The notes beneath the pieces are model-generated. The model did not search any database and was not told the origin of the DNA. It saw nothing but the letters and a program-made list of their open reading frames with translations. Below, in pieces: positions 37,385 to 48,866 of a DNA stretch of 64,000 nucleotides. Numbering within the stretch: position 1 is the stretch's first letter; each line of letters opens with the position of its first letter. Source of the stretch: Acidimicrobiales bacterium (GTDB lineage Bacteria; Actinomycetota; Acidimicrobiia; Acidimicrobiales; Iamiaceae); NCBI GenBank assembly GCA_035555395.1, contig DATMGQ010000097.1, positions 4,457 through 68,456 on the forward strand, written 5' to 3'. The translations under genes were made by a program, and so were the position numbers.

Positions 37385-40300
37385 GTGTTCCTGAAGTCGT
37401 TGACCATCAAGGGGTTCAAGTCCTTCGCGGACGCCACGAACCTGGTGATGGAACCAGGCGTGACCGTGGTGGTCGGTCCCAACGGGAGCGGCAAGTCCAA
37501 CGTCGTCGACGCCATCAGCTGGGTGCTGGGCGCCCAGGCGCCCAGTGCCGTCCGCTCGCAGAAGATGGACGACGTCATCTTCGCGGGCACGCAGAAGCGC
37601 CAGGCGCTGGGTCGTGCCGAGGTGTCGCTCACCATCGACAACAGCGCGGGGCTGCTCCCGATCGAGTTCTCCGAGGTGACCATCACCCGGATCCTGTTCC
37701 GCAACGGCGACAGCGAGTACTCGATCAACGGCGTGCCCTGCCGCATGCTCGACATCCAGGAGCTCCTGTCGGACTCGGGCGTCGGCCGCCAGCAGCACGT
37801 GATCATCAGCCAGGGCCAGATCGACGCGGTGCTGAACGCCCGGGCCGAGGACCGGCGCCTCATCATCGAGGAGGCCGCCGGCGTCCTGAAGTACCGGCGC
37901 CGCAAGGAGAAGGCCGAGCGCCGGCTCACCTCCACCGAGGGCAACCTCACCCGGCTCCAGGACCTCCTGCGCGAGGTCCGTCGGCAGCTGCGGCCGTTGG
38001 AGAAGCAGGCCGACGCTGCCCGCCGCCACGGCGCCGTCGTCGCCGAGCTCACCGCGCTGCGCATCCACCTCGCCGGTTCCGAGATCGCCCGTCTGCGCAG
38101 CCGCATGGAGGGCGGGGCCCGCCAGCGCGCCGAGCTGGAGGCAGCCGAGAAGGAGCTGCGCGCCACGCTGCGCCAGCTCGACACCGACGTGATCAGCACC
38201 GAAGCGACGCTGTCCGCCATGGGCGGCGACGACCTCGGCGACGCGCTCGTCCGCTTCGAGTCGCTCCGCGAGCGGGCCCGCGGCCTGGTCGCGGTGCTGA
38301 CCGAGCGCGAGCGCGGCATCGAGCGCGACCGCGGTGCCTCCGTCGACCAGGACGTGACCGCCAGCCTCGAGGCCGACGCCGCCCGCCTGCAGCGCGAGCT
38401 GGCCGACGTCGAGGAGCTGGCCGCCGAGCTGGGTCCGGCCACCAGCGAGCTGGAGCGCGCCGAGGCCGACCTCGAGCTGGCGCAGCAGGACTTCACCCGC
38501 GAGTGGGCCGAGGGCGTCGCCACGCCCACCGGCGCCGCCGCCGAGGTCCGCGGCGAGCTCCAGGCGGTCCGGGCATCGGTCGAGCGCAGCGCCACCGAGG
38601 CCCGCCGGGCCACCGAGCGCATCGAGGCCATCGACGCCCGCATCGCCCGACTCGCCGGCGAGGCCGAGCGGCTCGAGGCCGAGCTGGCCGAGGCCACCGC
38701 CGCCGTCGAACCGCTCGACGCCGCCCGCACCGCCGCATCGGAGCAGCGGGCCACGGCGTCGCAGGAGATGGAGGCCGCCGAGGAGGGCCGCCGCGTCGCC
38801 GACGGTGCCGTCCACACCTGGAAGGCCCGCGCCGACGCCCTGTCGCTCGCCCTCGACCAGGCTCGGGCCAAGGCCGGCGCCGAGCGCCTGGCCGGGATCG
38901 ACGGCGTGGTCGGCACCCTGCTCGACGTCGTGCACGTCGACGCCGGGTGGGAGTCGGCGTTCGAGGCAGCGGTGGCCGACGCCGTGGCTGCGGTGGTCGT
39001 CGAGTCGGTCGACGCCGGCCGGGCCGCGCTCACCGAGCTGCGAGCGGGCGACGCGTCCGGAGCGGTCCTCGCCCTGGGTGCCACCCGCGAGGCGCCGGCG
39101 CCGGCGTCCGGCGGCCAGTCGCTCCGCGGACACGTCCGGGGCACCCGTCCCGGCGTCGACGAGCTGCTCGACGCCCTCGTGGGCAACGCCGTGGTCGTCG
39201 ACTCCTGGACCGAGGCCGTCGACCTCGCGCTGGCCAACCCGGCGGCGGTCGTCGTCACGCCCGCCGGCGACCGCTTCGGTCCCAGCGGCTGGCGGGTCGG
39301 CGCGGCAGGCGCGGGTGCCACCGGTGCCGCGCTCACCGAGGCCGAGGCCAACGCCGAGGCGGCCACCGCCGAGGCCGCGTCGGCGGCACGCCACGCGCTC
39401 GCCACCAAGCAGGCCCACGACGAGGCCCGGACCGCGGAGACCGAGGCCAACCGCGCCGTCGACCGCAACGCCTCGCGCCTCAAGGCCACCACCGAGTCGC
39501 TGGCCCGCACCCAGCGCGACCACGCCGACGCCCTCGCCGAGGCCGAGAAGATCCGCACCCAGTCCGGCGAGCTCACCGACCGGGCCCGCCGCGACGCCGA
39601 CCGCCAGGCCGAGCTCGAGGCCCGGCTGCCCACGCTCGAGGCCGAGGAGGCCCACCTCGCCGAGCAGGGCCGGGCGATGGCCGAGGCCCGGGCCCGCCTC
39701 GACGAGCGCTCCACCGCCGTCGCCGAGCTGCGCAGCGACCTCGGGGTCCGCACCGCCGGCATCGAGGAGCGCCGCCAGTTCCTGAAGACCCGGGCCGCCG
39801 AGCTCGACGAGCGCCTGTCGCGCCACGCCGTCGAGCGCGAGCAGGCCGCCGGCCGCCGCGTCGAGCTGGACCGCCGGGCCGTGGCCACGTCCCGGCTGCG
39901 CACGTTCGTGGCCGCCCGCCTCGAGGTCGTCGAGGGCGAGCTGCAGGAGCTGCGCGACCGTCGCCGCCGCCAGTCCGAGGCCACCCGTGAGGTGTCCACC
40001 CGCCTCGACGGGCTGCGCAAGGAGCGCCAGACCGCCGAGCGCTCGCTCGCCGAGCTGCGGGAGCGCCAGCAGCGCGTCGAGCTCGAGGACGCCGAGATCC
40101 GCCTCCGCCTCGAGACCGCGGTGGAGGCGCTGCGCCGAGACCTCGACTGCGAGCCCGACGCCGCCATCGCCGCCCCCGCCCCCGAGCTGCCGGAGAACGT
40201 CTCGGCCGCGGCCCGGGTCCGAGAGCTCGAGCGCGACCTGCGGATCATGGGCCCGATCAACCCGCTGGCCCTCGAGGAGTTCCAGGCCCTCCAGGAGCGC

Positions 40301-40843
40301 CACGAGTTCCTCCAGAACCAGCTCGAGGACGTGAAGAGCGCCCGCCGGGACCTGTCGAAGGTCATCAAGGCCATCGACGCCGAGATCGTCAGCGTCTTCG
40401 CCTCGGCGTTCGCCGACGTCTCCCAGAACTTCCAGGACCTGTTCGAGACGCTGTTCCCCGGGGGCCGGGGCCGGCTCAAGCTCACGGACCCGGAGAACCT
40501 GCTCACCACCGGCATCGAGGTCGAGGCCCGGCCTTCCGGCAAGAACGTGCGGAAGCTCTCGCTGCTCTCGGGCGGCGAGCGGTCCCTCACCGCCCTGGCG
40601 TACCTGTTCGCCGTGTTCCGGGCCCGCCCCAGCCCCTTCTACGTGATGGACGAGGTCGAGGCCGCCCTCGACGACGTCAACCTCCACCGCTTCCTCGACC
40701 TCATCCAGGAGTTCCGCGCCGAGGCCCAGCTCATCATCGTGAGCCACCAGAAGCGCACCATGGAAGCCGCCGACTGCCTCTACGGCGTCACCATGCAACC
40801 TGGTGGCTCCAGCCGAGTCGTCAGCGAAAAGGTCAAGGGCTAG
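37385..40843 (+). CDS. smc: chromosome segregation protein SMC
   Basis: KGFKSFA, GPNGSGKSN, long coiled coils, hinge, LSGGERSL, MDEVEAALD. Confidence 0.97.
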   Translation: MFLKSLTIKGFKSFADATNLVMEPGVTVVVGPNGSGKSNVVDAISWVLGAQAPSAVRSQKMDDVIFAGTQKRQALGRAEVSLTIDNSAGLLPIEFSEVTITRILFRNGDSEYSINGVPCRMLDIQELLSDSGVGRQQHVIISQGQIDAVLNARAEDRRLIIEEAAGVLKYRRRKEKAERRLTSTEGNLTRLQDLLREVRRQLRPLEKQADAARRHGAVVAELTALRIHLAGSEIARLRSRMEGGARQRAELEAAEKELRATLRQLDTDVISTEATLSAMGGDDLGDALVRFESLRERARGLVAVLTERERGIERDRGASVDQDVTASLEADAARLQRELADVEELAAELGPATSELERAEADLELAQQDFTREWAEGVATPTGAAAEVRGELQAVRASVERSATEARRATERIEAIDARIARLAGEAERLEAELAEATAAVEPLDAARTAASEQRATASQEMEAAEEGRRVADGAVHTWKARADALSLALDQARAKAGAERLAGIDGVVGTLLDVVHVDAGWESAFEAAVADAVAAVVVESVDAGRAALTELRAGDASGAVLALGATREAPAPASGGQSLRGHVRGTRPGVDELLDALVGNAVVVDSWTEAVDLALANPAAVVVTPAGDRFGPSGWRVGAAGAGATGAALTEAEANAEAATAEAASAARHALATKQAHDEARTAETEANRAVDRNASRLKATTESLARTQRDHADALAEAEKIRTQSGELTDRARRDADRQAELEARLPTLEAEEAHLAEQGRAMAEARARLDERSTAVAELRSDLGVRTAGIEERRQFLKTRAAELDERLSRHAVEREQAAGRRVELDRRAVATSRLRTFVAARLEVVEGELQELRDRRRRQSEATREVSTRLDGLRKERQTAERSLAELRERQQRVELEDAEIRLRLETAVEALRRDLDCEPDAAIAAPAPELPENVSAAARVRELERDLRIMGPINPLALEEFQALQERHEFLQNQLEDVKSARRDLSKVIKAIDAEIVSVFASAFADVSQNFQDLFETLFPGGRGRLKLTDPENLLTTGIEVEARPSGKNVRKLSLLSGGERSLTALAYLFAVFRARPSPFYVMDEVEAALDDVNLHRFLDLIQEFRAEAQLIIVSHQKRTMEAADCLYGVTMQPGGSSRVVSEKVKG

Positions 40844-40855
40844 TTCCCGGGACGG

Positions 40856-41740
40856 TCAGCGGGGGTCGAGCAACCCTCGCAGCTCCGCGACGGTGAGGGT
40901 CCGGGGGCCTCGGTGGGCGATCGCGTGGCAGTTGGGGCAGAGGGGGACCAGGTCCGCGATCGGGTCGACCTCGTACGCGTCGGCCAGCGTCGCCAGCGGC
41001 ACCGTGTGGTGCACGTGGATGAAGCCCTCGCCGTGGGAGCCGTAGACCCGGCCGAAGTCGAACCCACAGGCCGCGCAGACGGCGCCGTGGTGGGCGATGC
41101 ACGCGGTGCGTGCCCGCGGGTCGCGTTCGTACCGGTTCACGAGGACCTGCGTGGCCTGGCCCTCGAGGTAGGTCGCCGGCCCGACGAGCTCCTCCGGCGG
41201 GTTCAGGTCGGACCTCCTGGTCGGGCCGGGGTCGACCCCGCGGTCAGCGATCCCGATGAGGCGAGCGGCCGCGTCCGGCGCCTGGATCTCGAGCACGGTC
41301 CACCTCGCGCGCAAGGTCCTCCGGAGGTCGTCGCCGAAGGCATCCCAGCTGGCGTGCGAGTCGAGCCAGTCGACCGACCGGATGTGTCGGACCTGGTGGC
41401 CGTTCGTCGGCACGTGGACGTAGGGGCCGGTGATCCGGCCGATCGCGATCGTCCCATCGGCCTTGCTGGGGAGGACGGCCACGTCGCCCGCGGCGATCTC
41501 GTCCTTGAACCGGAGCAGCTCGCCCGCGAACCGGCGCACCCGTGACGGCGGCGCGTCGGGCTCCACCACCGACCAGCGGAGCCCGATCTCCTCGATCGAG
41601 TGGGCGTCGCCGTAGTCGCCGATCTGGGGCCAGCCGATGCCGACGAAGCTGCCGAGCCGCGCCTCCCGCTCGCCCTCGCCGTGCTTGCCCGCTCGCACCA
41701 GCCACGCTCGCGGGGTCGACGGCACGGTTGGTTCGGTCAT
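40856..41740 (-). CDS. HNH endonuclease with Mrr-type N-terminal domain (putative type IV restriction)
   Basis: AWLVRAG..IGW..GD N-domain; YERDP.AR..CI.HHG..CAACGFDF..YG..IHVHH..LCPNCH McrA-like HNH. Confidence 0.85.
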   Translation of the reverse strand: MTEPTVPSTPRAWLVRAGKHGEGEREARLGSFVGIGWPQIGDYGDAHSIEEIGLRWSVVEPDAPPSRVRRFAGELLRFKDEIAAGDVAVLPSKADGTIAIGRITGPYVHVPTNGHQVRHIRSVDWLDSHASWDAFGDDLRRTLRARWTVLEIQAPDAAARLIGIADRGVDPGPTRRSDLNPPEELVGPATYLEGQATQVLVNRYERDPRARTACIAHHGAVCAACGFDFGRVYGSHGEGFIHVHHTVPLATLADAYEVDPIADLVPLCPNCHAIAHRGPRTLTVAELRGLLDPR

Positions 41741-41929
41741 CGTGGGCGCTCCGCGGGGGTCAGGAGAAGTCGCGGGGACAGGTGGGGTCGACCCTCGACG
41801 CGAGGAGGGTCATGTTGCCGACGTGGTCGGCGCCGAGGGTGAGGCCCCAGGTGTCACCGTCGAACACCCGGCCGATGGTAGGTGCCTGCCGGCGACCCGA
41901 TGGCCGGCCGCCGGGGGTCGCACCGCCGA

Positions 41930-42427
41930 TCAGGCGTAGGCGGCGGTGAGGCGGGGTGCGGAGGCGAGGGTCTGGAGCACGACGCAGTAGCGCTCGGTGA
42001 GGCGCAGCAGCGTGTCGAGCGAGTCGGATGGTGCATCCGACTGCACGTCGAACGTGAGGCGGATCTCGCGGAAGCCGACCGGCGCCTCCTTGTCGACGCC
42101 GAGGGTGCCCCGGAAGTCGAGGTCGCCCTCGGCGCGGACGGTGCCGGTGACCTCGAGGTCGAGCGAGGTGGCGACCGACATCATCGTGACCCCGGCGCAG
42201 GCCACGAGCGCCTGGAGCAGCATGTCGCCCGAGCAGGCGGCGAGGCCGGAGCCGCCCGTGGCCTCGTGGAGGCCCGCCTCGACCAGGGCCCGGCCGGTCT
42301 GGACCGAGCACGTCTGGCCCTCGCCGAGCGCGCCGTCGGCGTGCAGGGTGATCACCGCCGACTCGGGCTCGTCCCGGTAGCGCTGCTTGAGCGGTCCCTG
42401 CACGGCACGGAGCTCGTCACGGTCCAT
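41930..42427 (-). CDS. OsmC family protein
   Basis: AGLHEATGG, CSGDMLLQALVACAGVT, EGDLDFRGTLGV, TERYCVV. Confidence 0.9.
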   Translation of the reverse strand: MDRDELRAVQGPLKQRYRDEPESAVITLHADGALGEGQTCSVQTGRALVEAGLHEATGGSGLAACSGDMLLQALVACAGVTMMSVATSLDLEVTGTVRAEGDLDFRGTLGVDKEAPVGFREIRLTFDVQSDAPSDSLDTLLRLTERYCVVLQTLASAPRLTAAYA

Positions 42428-42488
42428 CGTTCCTCCCTCGCCGGCGTGGTCGGTGCGACCCATCCAACCAGAAGGACCCGAGGGCCGC

Positions 42489-43145
42489 TCAGCCGGCGCA
42501 GTCGGCGCAGTACTCGCCGACGAAGCGGTCCGGGTGGCTCTGCAGGAAGCAGCCCGGACAGGTCTTCTGGGTGACCGGCGCCGGCTTCTTCGGGACGCGG
42601 GGCGCGCGGGGCGTGGTGGAGCGGGCCGACGACTTGGTGGTCGTCGAGGTCGTGCCGGCGGGCCGGTCCTTGGGGTCGCGCCCGATCTCGCCGTCGCGCA
42701 CCTGGCGGAGGTAGCCGGACCACTCGGCGTCGCGGTGCTGCTGGAGCGTGAGCTTCTGCTTGGTCACGCCCTGCACCGCGCTCGGGAGCTGCGAGATCGG
42801 GTGGCGGGCGATCCAGTCGACCGTCCGGCGGTGCTTGCCGAGCTCGCCGGGCACGTCGTCGTGGAACTCGTAGCGGCTGGTGACGGTGCCGACGACGACC
42901 TCGCCCCGGGCCGGATCGGGTACCAGGATCGAGTTGCCCTCGCCCAGCTCGCGGACGAAGGCCGTCATCACGCCGACCTCGGCGTCGAGCGCCGCAGTCG
43001 ACAGGTCACCGGCCAGGAACCGGCGGATCTCGGAGTGGGTGAGGATCTCCGCATCGGGAACCTCGGGGAACTCGACGGCCACCACGCCCTCGTCGACGAA
43101 CCGGTCGACGAGGCGGTTCTGCTCGCCCCCACGGATCACCCACAT
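42489..43145 (-). CDS. Mrr-type N-terminal domain protein with C-terminal zinc ribbon, no nuclease domain
   Basis: MWVIRGG, VVGTVTSRYEF, HRRTVDW; linker; CPGC..CADC. Confidence 0.7.
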   Translation of the reverse strand: MWVIRGGEQNRLVDRFVDEGVVAVEFPEVPDAEILTHSEIRRFLAGDLSTAALDAEVGVMTAFVRELGEGNSILVPDPARGEVVVGTVTSRYEFHDDVPGELGKHRRTVDWIARHPISQLPSAVQGVTKQKLTLQQHRDAEWSGYLRQVRDGEIGRDPKDRPAGTTSTTTKSSARSTTPRAPRVPKKPAPVTQKTCPGCFLQSHPDRFVGEYCADCAG

Positions 43146-43228
43146 CGCTTGCAACCTCCAGGTCTGCCACTGCCGAACATCGGCTGTTCGAACCTAGGGC
43201 ATCGCGCGGTGGACCCGGCGCGGCCGGA

Positions 43229-43477
43229 TCAGGCGCCTGGTGGCGTCCCGGGCGGGGGAGGGGGCTCGGTCTCGTCGGACCACGTCAGCGGGCCGGGCCG
43301 GGCCGGCGGAGGCGGGGGCGACGACGGCGGCGGCGCCCAGTTCGACGGGTAGGCCTCGTCTTGTCGGGCCTCGCGCCGCTTCCCCACGACCAGCACGACC
43401 ACCACCACGACGATGAGGATCGGCAGCCCGAACAGCAGGGCGACGATGACGAGCTCTCCGGGACCGAGGTTCAACAC
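43229..43477 (-). CDS. small membrane protein with Pro-rich tail
   Basis: LNLGPGELVIVALLFGLPILIVVVVVVLVV then poly-Pro; AGGAGG RBS. Confidence 0.65.
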   Translation of the reverse strand: MLNLGPGELVIVALLFGLPILIVVVVVVLVVGKRREARQDEAYPSNWAPPPSSPPPPPARPGPLTWSDETEPPPPPGTPPGA

Positions 43478-44709
43478 GTCGGCACCTCCTGGTTGGCCGT
43501 GGCGGGCGAGGACGGGGCGGGCAGCGACCACAGGTCGCGCGTGATGTGGCGGACCTCGTGGGCGAAGGCGTCGATGGTGCACGTGCGGGCGTGGTCGGTG
43601 CAGGAGCCGACCATCGCGGCCTGCTCGTCGGGCCCGAGGGCGCGGAGCTCCTCGAGGCAGCGGGCGATCGATGCCGGCGAAGCCGGGTCCGCCTGCCGGC
43701 CGCGGGCGCCCGAGCCGATGATGGCGAGCTGCATCCGGCCGCTGCCGACCACCGACGGGCAGCCGACGGCCATGGCCTCGATGAACACCTTGCCGAAGCC
43801 CTCGCCGAAGGTGACGAGCGCGTGGACGTCGGCCCACGCGAACAGGTCCTCGAGGTCGGCGGCGCCGAGCTGCCCCAAGAAGCGGGTGCGATCGGCGATG
43901 CCGAGCTCGCGGGCCAGGGCCTGGTCCGCCTCGAACGTCCGGCCCGTGCCGGCGAACCGCAGCTCGACGGGGACGCCGCGCTCGGCGAGGAGCGCCACCG
44001 CCCGCAGCAGGCCGGCCTGGTTCTTCCGCTCGGAGAAGGCGCCGACGCAGCAGATGCGCAGCGCTCGCTGGGCGACGGGGTCGCTCGCGATGCGATCGAG
44101 CCGCTGCTGGGCGAGCGGCGCGAGGGCGTCGAGCTCCTGGTCGGAGAACGACGGGCTCACGTTGGGCCGGATGTGGGCAGGCACGTCGTCGTCGGGTGGG
44201 ACGTAGGCGTGGACGACCCCGCCCACGTGGCGCAGCATCCCCCGCTGCAACCGGTAGCTGCGGGGCTCGCTGTCGGTGCGCTCCCAGGTCCCGGCGAAGA
44301 TCGCGTACCGGCGGGGGCACAGCACCCGGGCGAGCGGGATGGCCACCAGCGTGACGTTGCACGGGGTCCGCAGGTGCACGGCCGTCGACCGGCGCATGAG
44401 CGGCGCCAGGACGGCCACCCACCGGAACAGGAGGGCGACGACCCCGAGCTTCGCGGTGAGGCCGGAGCCGCCGCCGGCGGGCAGGTCCACCAGCTCGATG
44501 TCGTCGCGGGCGAGCGACCGGAACCCCGGCTGGGGAGCATCGATCCGGTGGGCCGCGATGCGGACCTCGTCGAACTCGGCGCACCACAGGTCGAGCTGCT
44601 TCGACAGCGCGGCGAAGGTCTGGAGCCGGCCGTCGACCACGGCATAGGGCGTGTCCCCGACGATGAGGAGGCTGGTGGGCCTGCGGTCGTGTGTCGCCTT
44701 CCCCTGCAA
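43471..44709 (-). CDS. glycosyltransferase family 4
   Basis: VGAFSERKNQ, FAGTG, FLGQL, EGFGKVFIEAMAVG. Confidence 0.88.
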   Translation of the reverse strand: MQGKATHDRRPTSLLIVGDTPYAVVDGRLQTFAALSKQLDLWCAEFDEVRIAAHRIDAPQPGFRSLARDDIELVDLPAGGGSGLTAKLGVVALLFRWVAVLAPLMRRSTAVHLRTPCNVTLVAIPLARVLCPRRYAIFAGTWERTDSEPRSYRLQRGMLRHVGGVVHAYVPPDDDVPAHIRPNVSPSFSDQELDALAPLAQQRLDRIASDPVAQRALRICCVGAFSERKNQAGLLRAVALLAERGVPVELRFAGTGRTFEADQALARELGIADRTRFLGQLGAADLEDLFAWADVHALVTFGEGFGKVFIEAMAVGCPSVVGSGRMQLAIIGSGARGRQADPASPASIARCLEELRALGPDEQAAMVGSCTDHARTCTIDAFAHEVRHITRDLWSLPAPSSPATANQEVPTC

Positions 44710-44781
44710 CCGATCGGCCCTTCGTCCTCGGAGGACCGAACGTTAACGCCCGCGACGGCGCTGACGAGGCCTCCCGGGCGG

Positions 44782-45756
44782 CTAGGGCAGCCTGCTGAAC
44801 CAGAGCTGCGAGAGCGCGGCGCAGACGAACAGCACGAGCAGGGAGACGCCGACGAAGGTGCCGGTGATGTCCTTGAGCTCGGTGGTGTAGCCGACCGACG
44901 AGCCGATGTCCTCGTAGACCTTCTTCAGCTCGCCGCCGGTGGCGGCGGTGAACGCGGTGCCGTTGGTGGCGTTGGCGACCTTGGCGAGGGCGGCGGGGTT
45001 CACGGGGACGGGGATCGGCCCGTCCTGTCCGGGCAGGTCGATGACGCCGTCGGAGGTGCCGAAGGCGATCGTCGAGACCGGGACGTTGGCCTTCTTGGCC
45101 GCCGCGGCGGCCTGGGCGTCGGGGCGGCCGCTGGTGGTCTCGCCGTCGCTCATCAACACGATGCGGGCCGGGACCTTCTTGCCGTCCTCGGACTTCGGCG
45201 CCGAGTTGATGGCGTCGAGCGAGGCGTAGATGGCTTCGCCGATGGCGGTGCGCTCGCCCAGCCGCAGCTGGTCGATGGCGGCGAGGAGCTCCTCGCGGTC
45301 CTGGGTGGGCGCCACCTTGACGAGGGCGGTGCCGTTGAAGGTGACGAGCCCGACGTTGAGGCGCGGCGGGAGGAGCTTCACGAACTCCTTGGCCGCGTTC
45401 TGCGCGGCCTTGAGCCGGTTGGGCGCCACGTCGGTGGCCTCCATCGACAGCGAGGTGTCGATGGCCATCATGATCGTGGCCCGCTCGCGCGGCACCCGGA
45501 CGTCGCGGGCGGGCTTGGCGAAGGCGCCGACCATGCCGGCGAGGGCGAGCAGCATCAGCGCGGCGGGGATGTGGCGTCGCCAGCCGGGCTGCTTGGGCGC
45601 CACCGAGTCGAGCAGGGCGAGGTTCGTGAAGCGCACGGCGTAGGTCTTCCGCCGGCTCTGGAGGATCACGTAGGAGATGCCCAGCGCGGCGACGCCGAGC
45701 AGCAGCCACAGGCGCGTGGACTCGACGAAGGTGAGGGCGAGGACGGGGGTGCTCAT
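44782..45756 (-). CDS. VWA domain protein (BatA-like)
   Basis: DTSLSM MIDAS, PNRLKAAQ, TAIGEAI, LMSDG, TIAFGT; N- and C-terminal TM. Confidence 0.92.
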   Translation of the reverse strand: MSTPVLALTFVESTRLWLLLGVAALGISYVILQSRRKTYAVRFTNLALLDSVAPKQPGWRRHIPAALMLLALAGMVGAFAKPARDVRVPRERATIMMAIDTSLSMEATDVAPNRLKAAQNAAKEFVKLLPPRLNVGLVTFNGTALVKVAPTQDREELLAAIDQLRLGERTAIGEAIYASLDAINSAPKSEDGKKVPARIVLMSDGETTSGRPDAQAAAAAKKANVPVSTIAFGTSDGVIDLPGQDGPIPVPVNPAALAKVANATNGTAFTAATGGELKKVYEDIGSSVGYTTELKDITGTFVGVSLLVLFVCAALSQLWFSRLP

Positions 45757-46694
45757 CGGGACTCCCAACCGGCGCGCCGGGCATGCACCCGCTCGCGGCG
45801 CGAGGCCACGAAGCGGACGATGTCGAGGAGCCAGTCCTGGTCGGTGCGGAGGATCAGGTGGTCGGCACCCGCTTGGCGGATGCCCTGTTCGATGGTGGCG
45901 CGCTGCTGCGCGGCCGCGCTGGCGTACCGGTCGCGCAGCTTCTTCGAGGTGCGGACGTCGCTGGTGCGGCCGGTGGCCGGATCGACGAGGGCGAGCACGC
46001 CGACGTCGGGCAGCTCGAGCTCGCGGGGATCGAGCACCTCGACGGCGATGGTCTCGTGCCGGGTGGTGACCCGGCGCAGGGCGGGGACCCAGCGCTGCGG
46101 GTCGCCGAGGAAGTCGGACACGACCACGCACAGGCCCCGGCGGCGGGCGATGGCGGCGGTGCGGGCGAGCGCCTCGCTGAGGTCGACCTCGCCCTCCTGG
46201 GCCCGAGGGGTGGTGGTCAGCCGGTGCAGCGTGCTCATGAGGTGGGTGCGCCCGCCCTTGGCCGGCACGACGTCGATGCCCGAGGGCTGGAGGGTGATCA
46301 GCCCGAAGCGGTTCCCGGTGCGGTTCGTGAGGAACCCGACCGCGGCCGCCGCCGACACCGCCAGGTCCCGCTTCTCGCACCACGCGGTGCCGAAGTCCAT
46401 CGAAGCGCCCAGGTCGGCCACGACCCACGTCTCGAGCTCGCGGTCGGCGATGGTGTCGCGGACGTGGGGGTCCTGGAGTCGGGCGGTCACGTTCCAGTCG
46501 ATGCGGCGGACGTCGTCACCGGCCTGGTACAGCCGGGTCTCGCCCAGCTCCGACCCGTGCCCGGGCACGAGGCCCTGGTACTCGCCGTGGAGCAGGCCGT
46601 CGAGCTTGTGGCTCACGGCGAGGTCGAGCCGGCGCAGGACCTCGTCGGGCCCGGTCTGGGTGGTGCGGGGTGGGACGTTCGCGGGCGACGCCAC
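45753..46694 (-). CDS. DUF58 domain protein
   Basis: YQAGDDVRRIDWNVTAR, D..ASMDFG, VVVSDF, DPRELELP. Confidence 0.93.
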   Translation of the reverse strand: MASPANVPPRTTQTGPDEVLRRLDLAVSHKLDGLLHGEYQGLVPGHGSELGETRLYQAGDDVRRIDWNVTARLQDPHVRDTIADRELETWVVADLGASMDFGTAWCEKRDLAVSAAAAVGFLTNRTGNRFGLITLQPSGIDVVPAKGGRTHLMSTLHRLTTTPRAQEGEVDLSEALARTAAIARRRGLCVVVSDFLGDPQRWVPALRRVTTRHETIAVEVLDPRELELPDVGVLALVDPATGRTSDVRTSKKLRDRYASAAAQQRATIEQGIRQAGADHLILRTDQDWLLDIVRFVASRRERVHARRAGWESR

Positions 46695-46697
46695 GGG

Positions 46698-47975
<1,278 letters not shown>

Positions 47976-48137
47976 GGATGTGCTCCTCTGCAGGACGGCT
48001 CGGAGGCCCAGGGAACCAGGCCGCGATGAAGGACAGCGTAAAGCCCTGTCGGCCGCAGCAGACCCCGCGGCAACCCATCCGGGCGAGGTGGCGCCGTTTC
48101 GGCGAGGTTTCTCGTCGGACCGGTACGTTTCCCACCC

Positions 48138-48866
48138 GTGCGCATCCTGGTGGTGGAAGACGAGAACGAGCTGGCCGAGGCGATCGCGACCGGCCTCCGG
48201 CGGGAGGGCTACGCCGTCGACGTGGCCAACGACGTGGCCGGGGCGGTCGACCGGTTGGTCGTGTCGCCCTACGACCTCGTCACCCTCGACCTCAACCTCC
48301 CCGACGGCGACGGGCTCGACCTCGCCCGGCGCGTGCGCGAGGACCCGGCCTTCGCGCCGCTCGACGGGGAGACCGCGCCCCGGATCCTGATGCTCACCGC
48401 ACGCGACGGCGTGGGGGAGCGCGTGGTCGGCCTCGACCAGGGCGCCGACGACTACCTGGTCAAGCCGTTCGCGTTCGCCGAGCTGTCCGCCCGCGTGCGC
48501 AGTCTGATGCGGCGCGACGCCGGGCGCAGCGGCGCCACCCTGACCGTCGGCGAGCTCCAGCTCGACACGGCGCGCTTCGAGGCGAGCCGTCGCGGCCGCC
48601 TCCTCGACCTCACGGCCAAGGAGTTCGCGCTGCTGCGCTACTTCATGGCCCACAGCGGCGAGGTTCTCAGCCAGGAGCGCCTGCTCGAGCACGTGTGGGA
48701 CGAGAACGCCGATCCGCTCACCAACACGGTGCGGGTCACCGTCGGCACCCTCCGGCGCAAGCTCACCCGCGACGACGACGCCGAGGCACCCATCGAGACG
48801 GTCATCGGGGCCGGCTACCGCCTCCGGCCCGACCTCCTGGCACCCGGCCCGGTCGACGATGCCTGA
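48138..48866 (+). CDS. OmpR family response regulator
   Basis: LVVED, LDLNLP, MLTAR, GADDYLVKPF, LTAKEF, IETVIGAGY. Confidence 0.95.
   Translation: MRILVVEDENELAEAIATGLRREGYAVDVANDVAGAVDRLVVSPYDLVTLDLNLPDGDGLDLARRVREDPAFAPLDGETAPRILMLTARDGVGERVVGLDQGADDYLVKPFAFAELSARVRSLMRRDAGRSGATLTVGELQLDTARFEASRRGRLLDLTAKEFALLRYFMAHSGEVLSQERLLEHVWDENADPLTNTVRVTVGTLRRKLTRDDDAEAPIETVIGAGYRLRPDLLAPGPVDDA

Noticed and set aside
36872-40798. 1308-aa minus-strand ORF and similar giant ORFs (17961-21794, 50244-54320, 43546-47112, 181-2994)
   Set aside because: Shadow frames of real genes in high-GC DNA. Only the last 128 aa of 36872-40798 (pentapeptide protein) look genuine.
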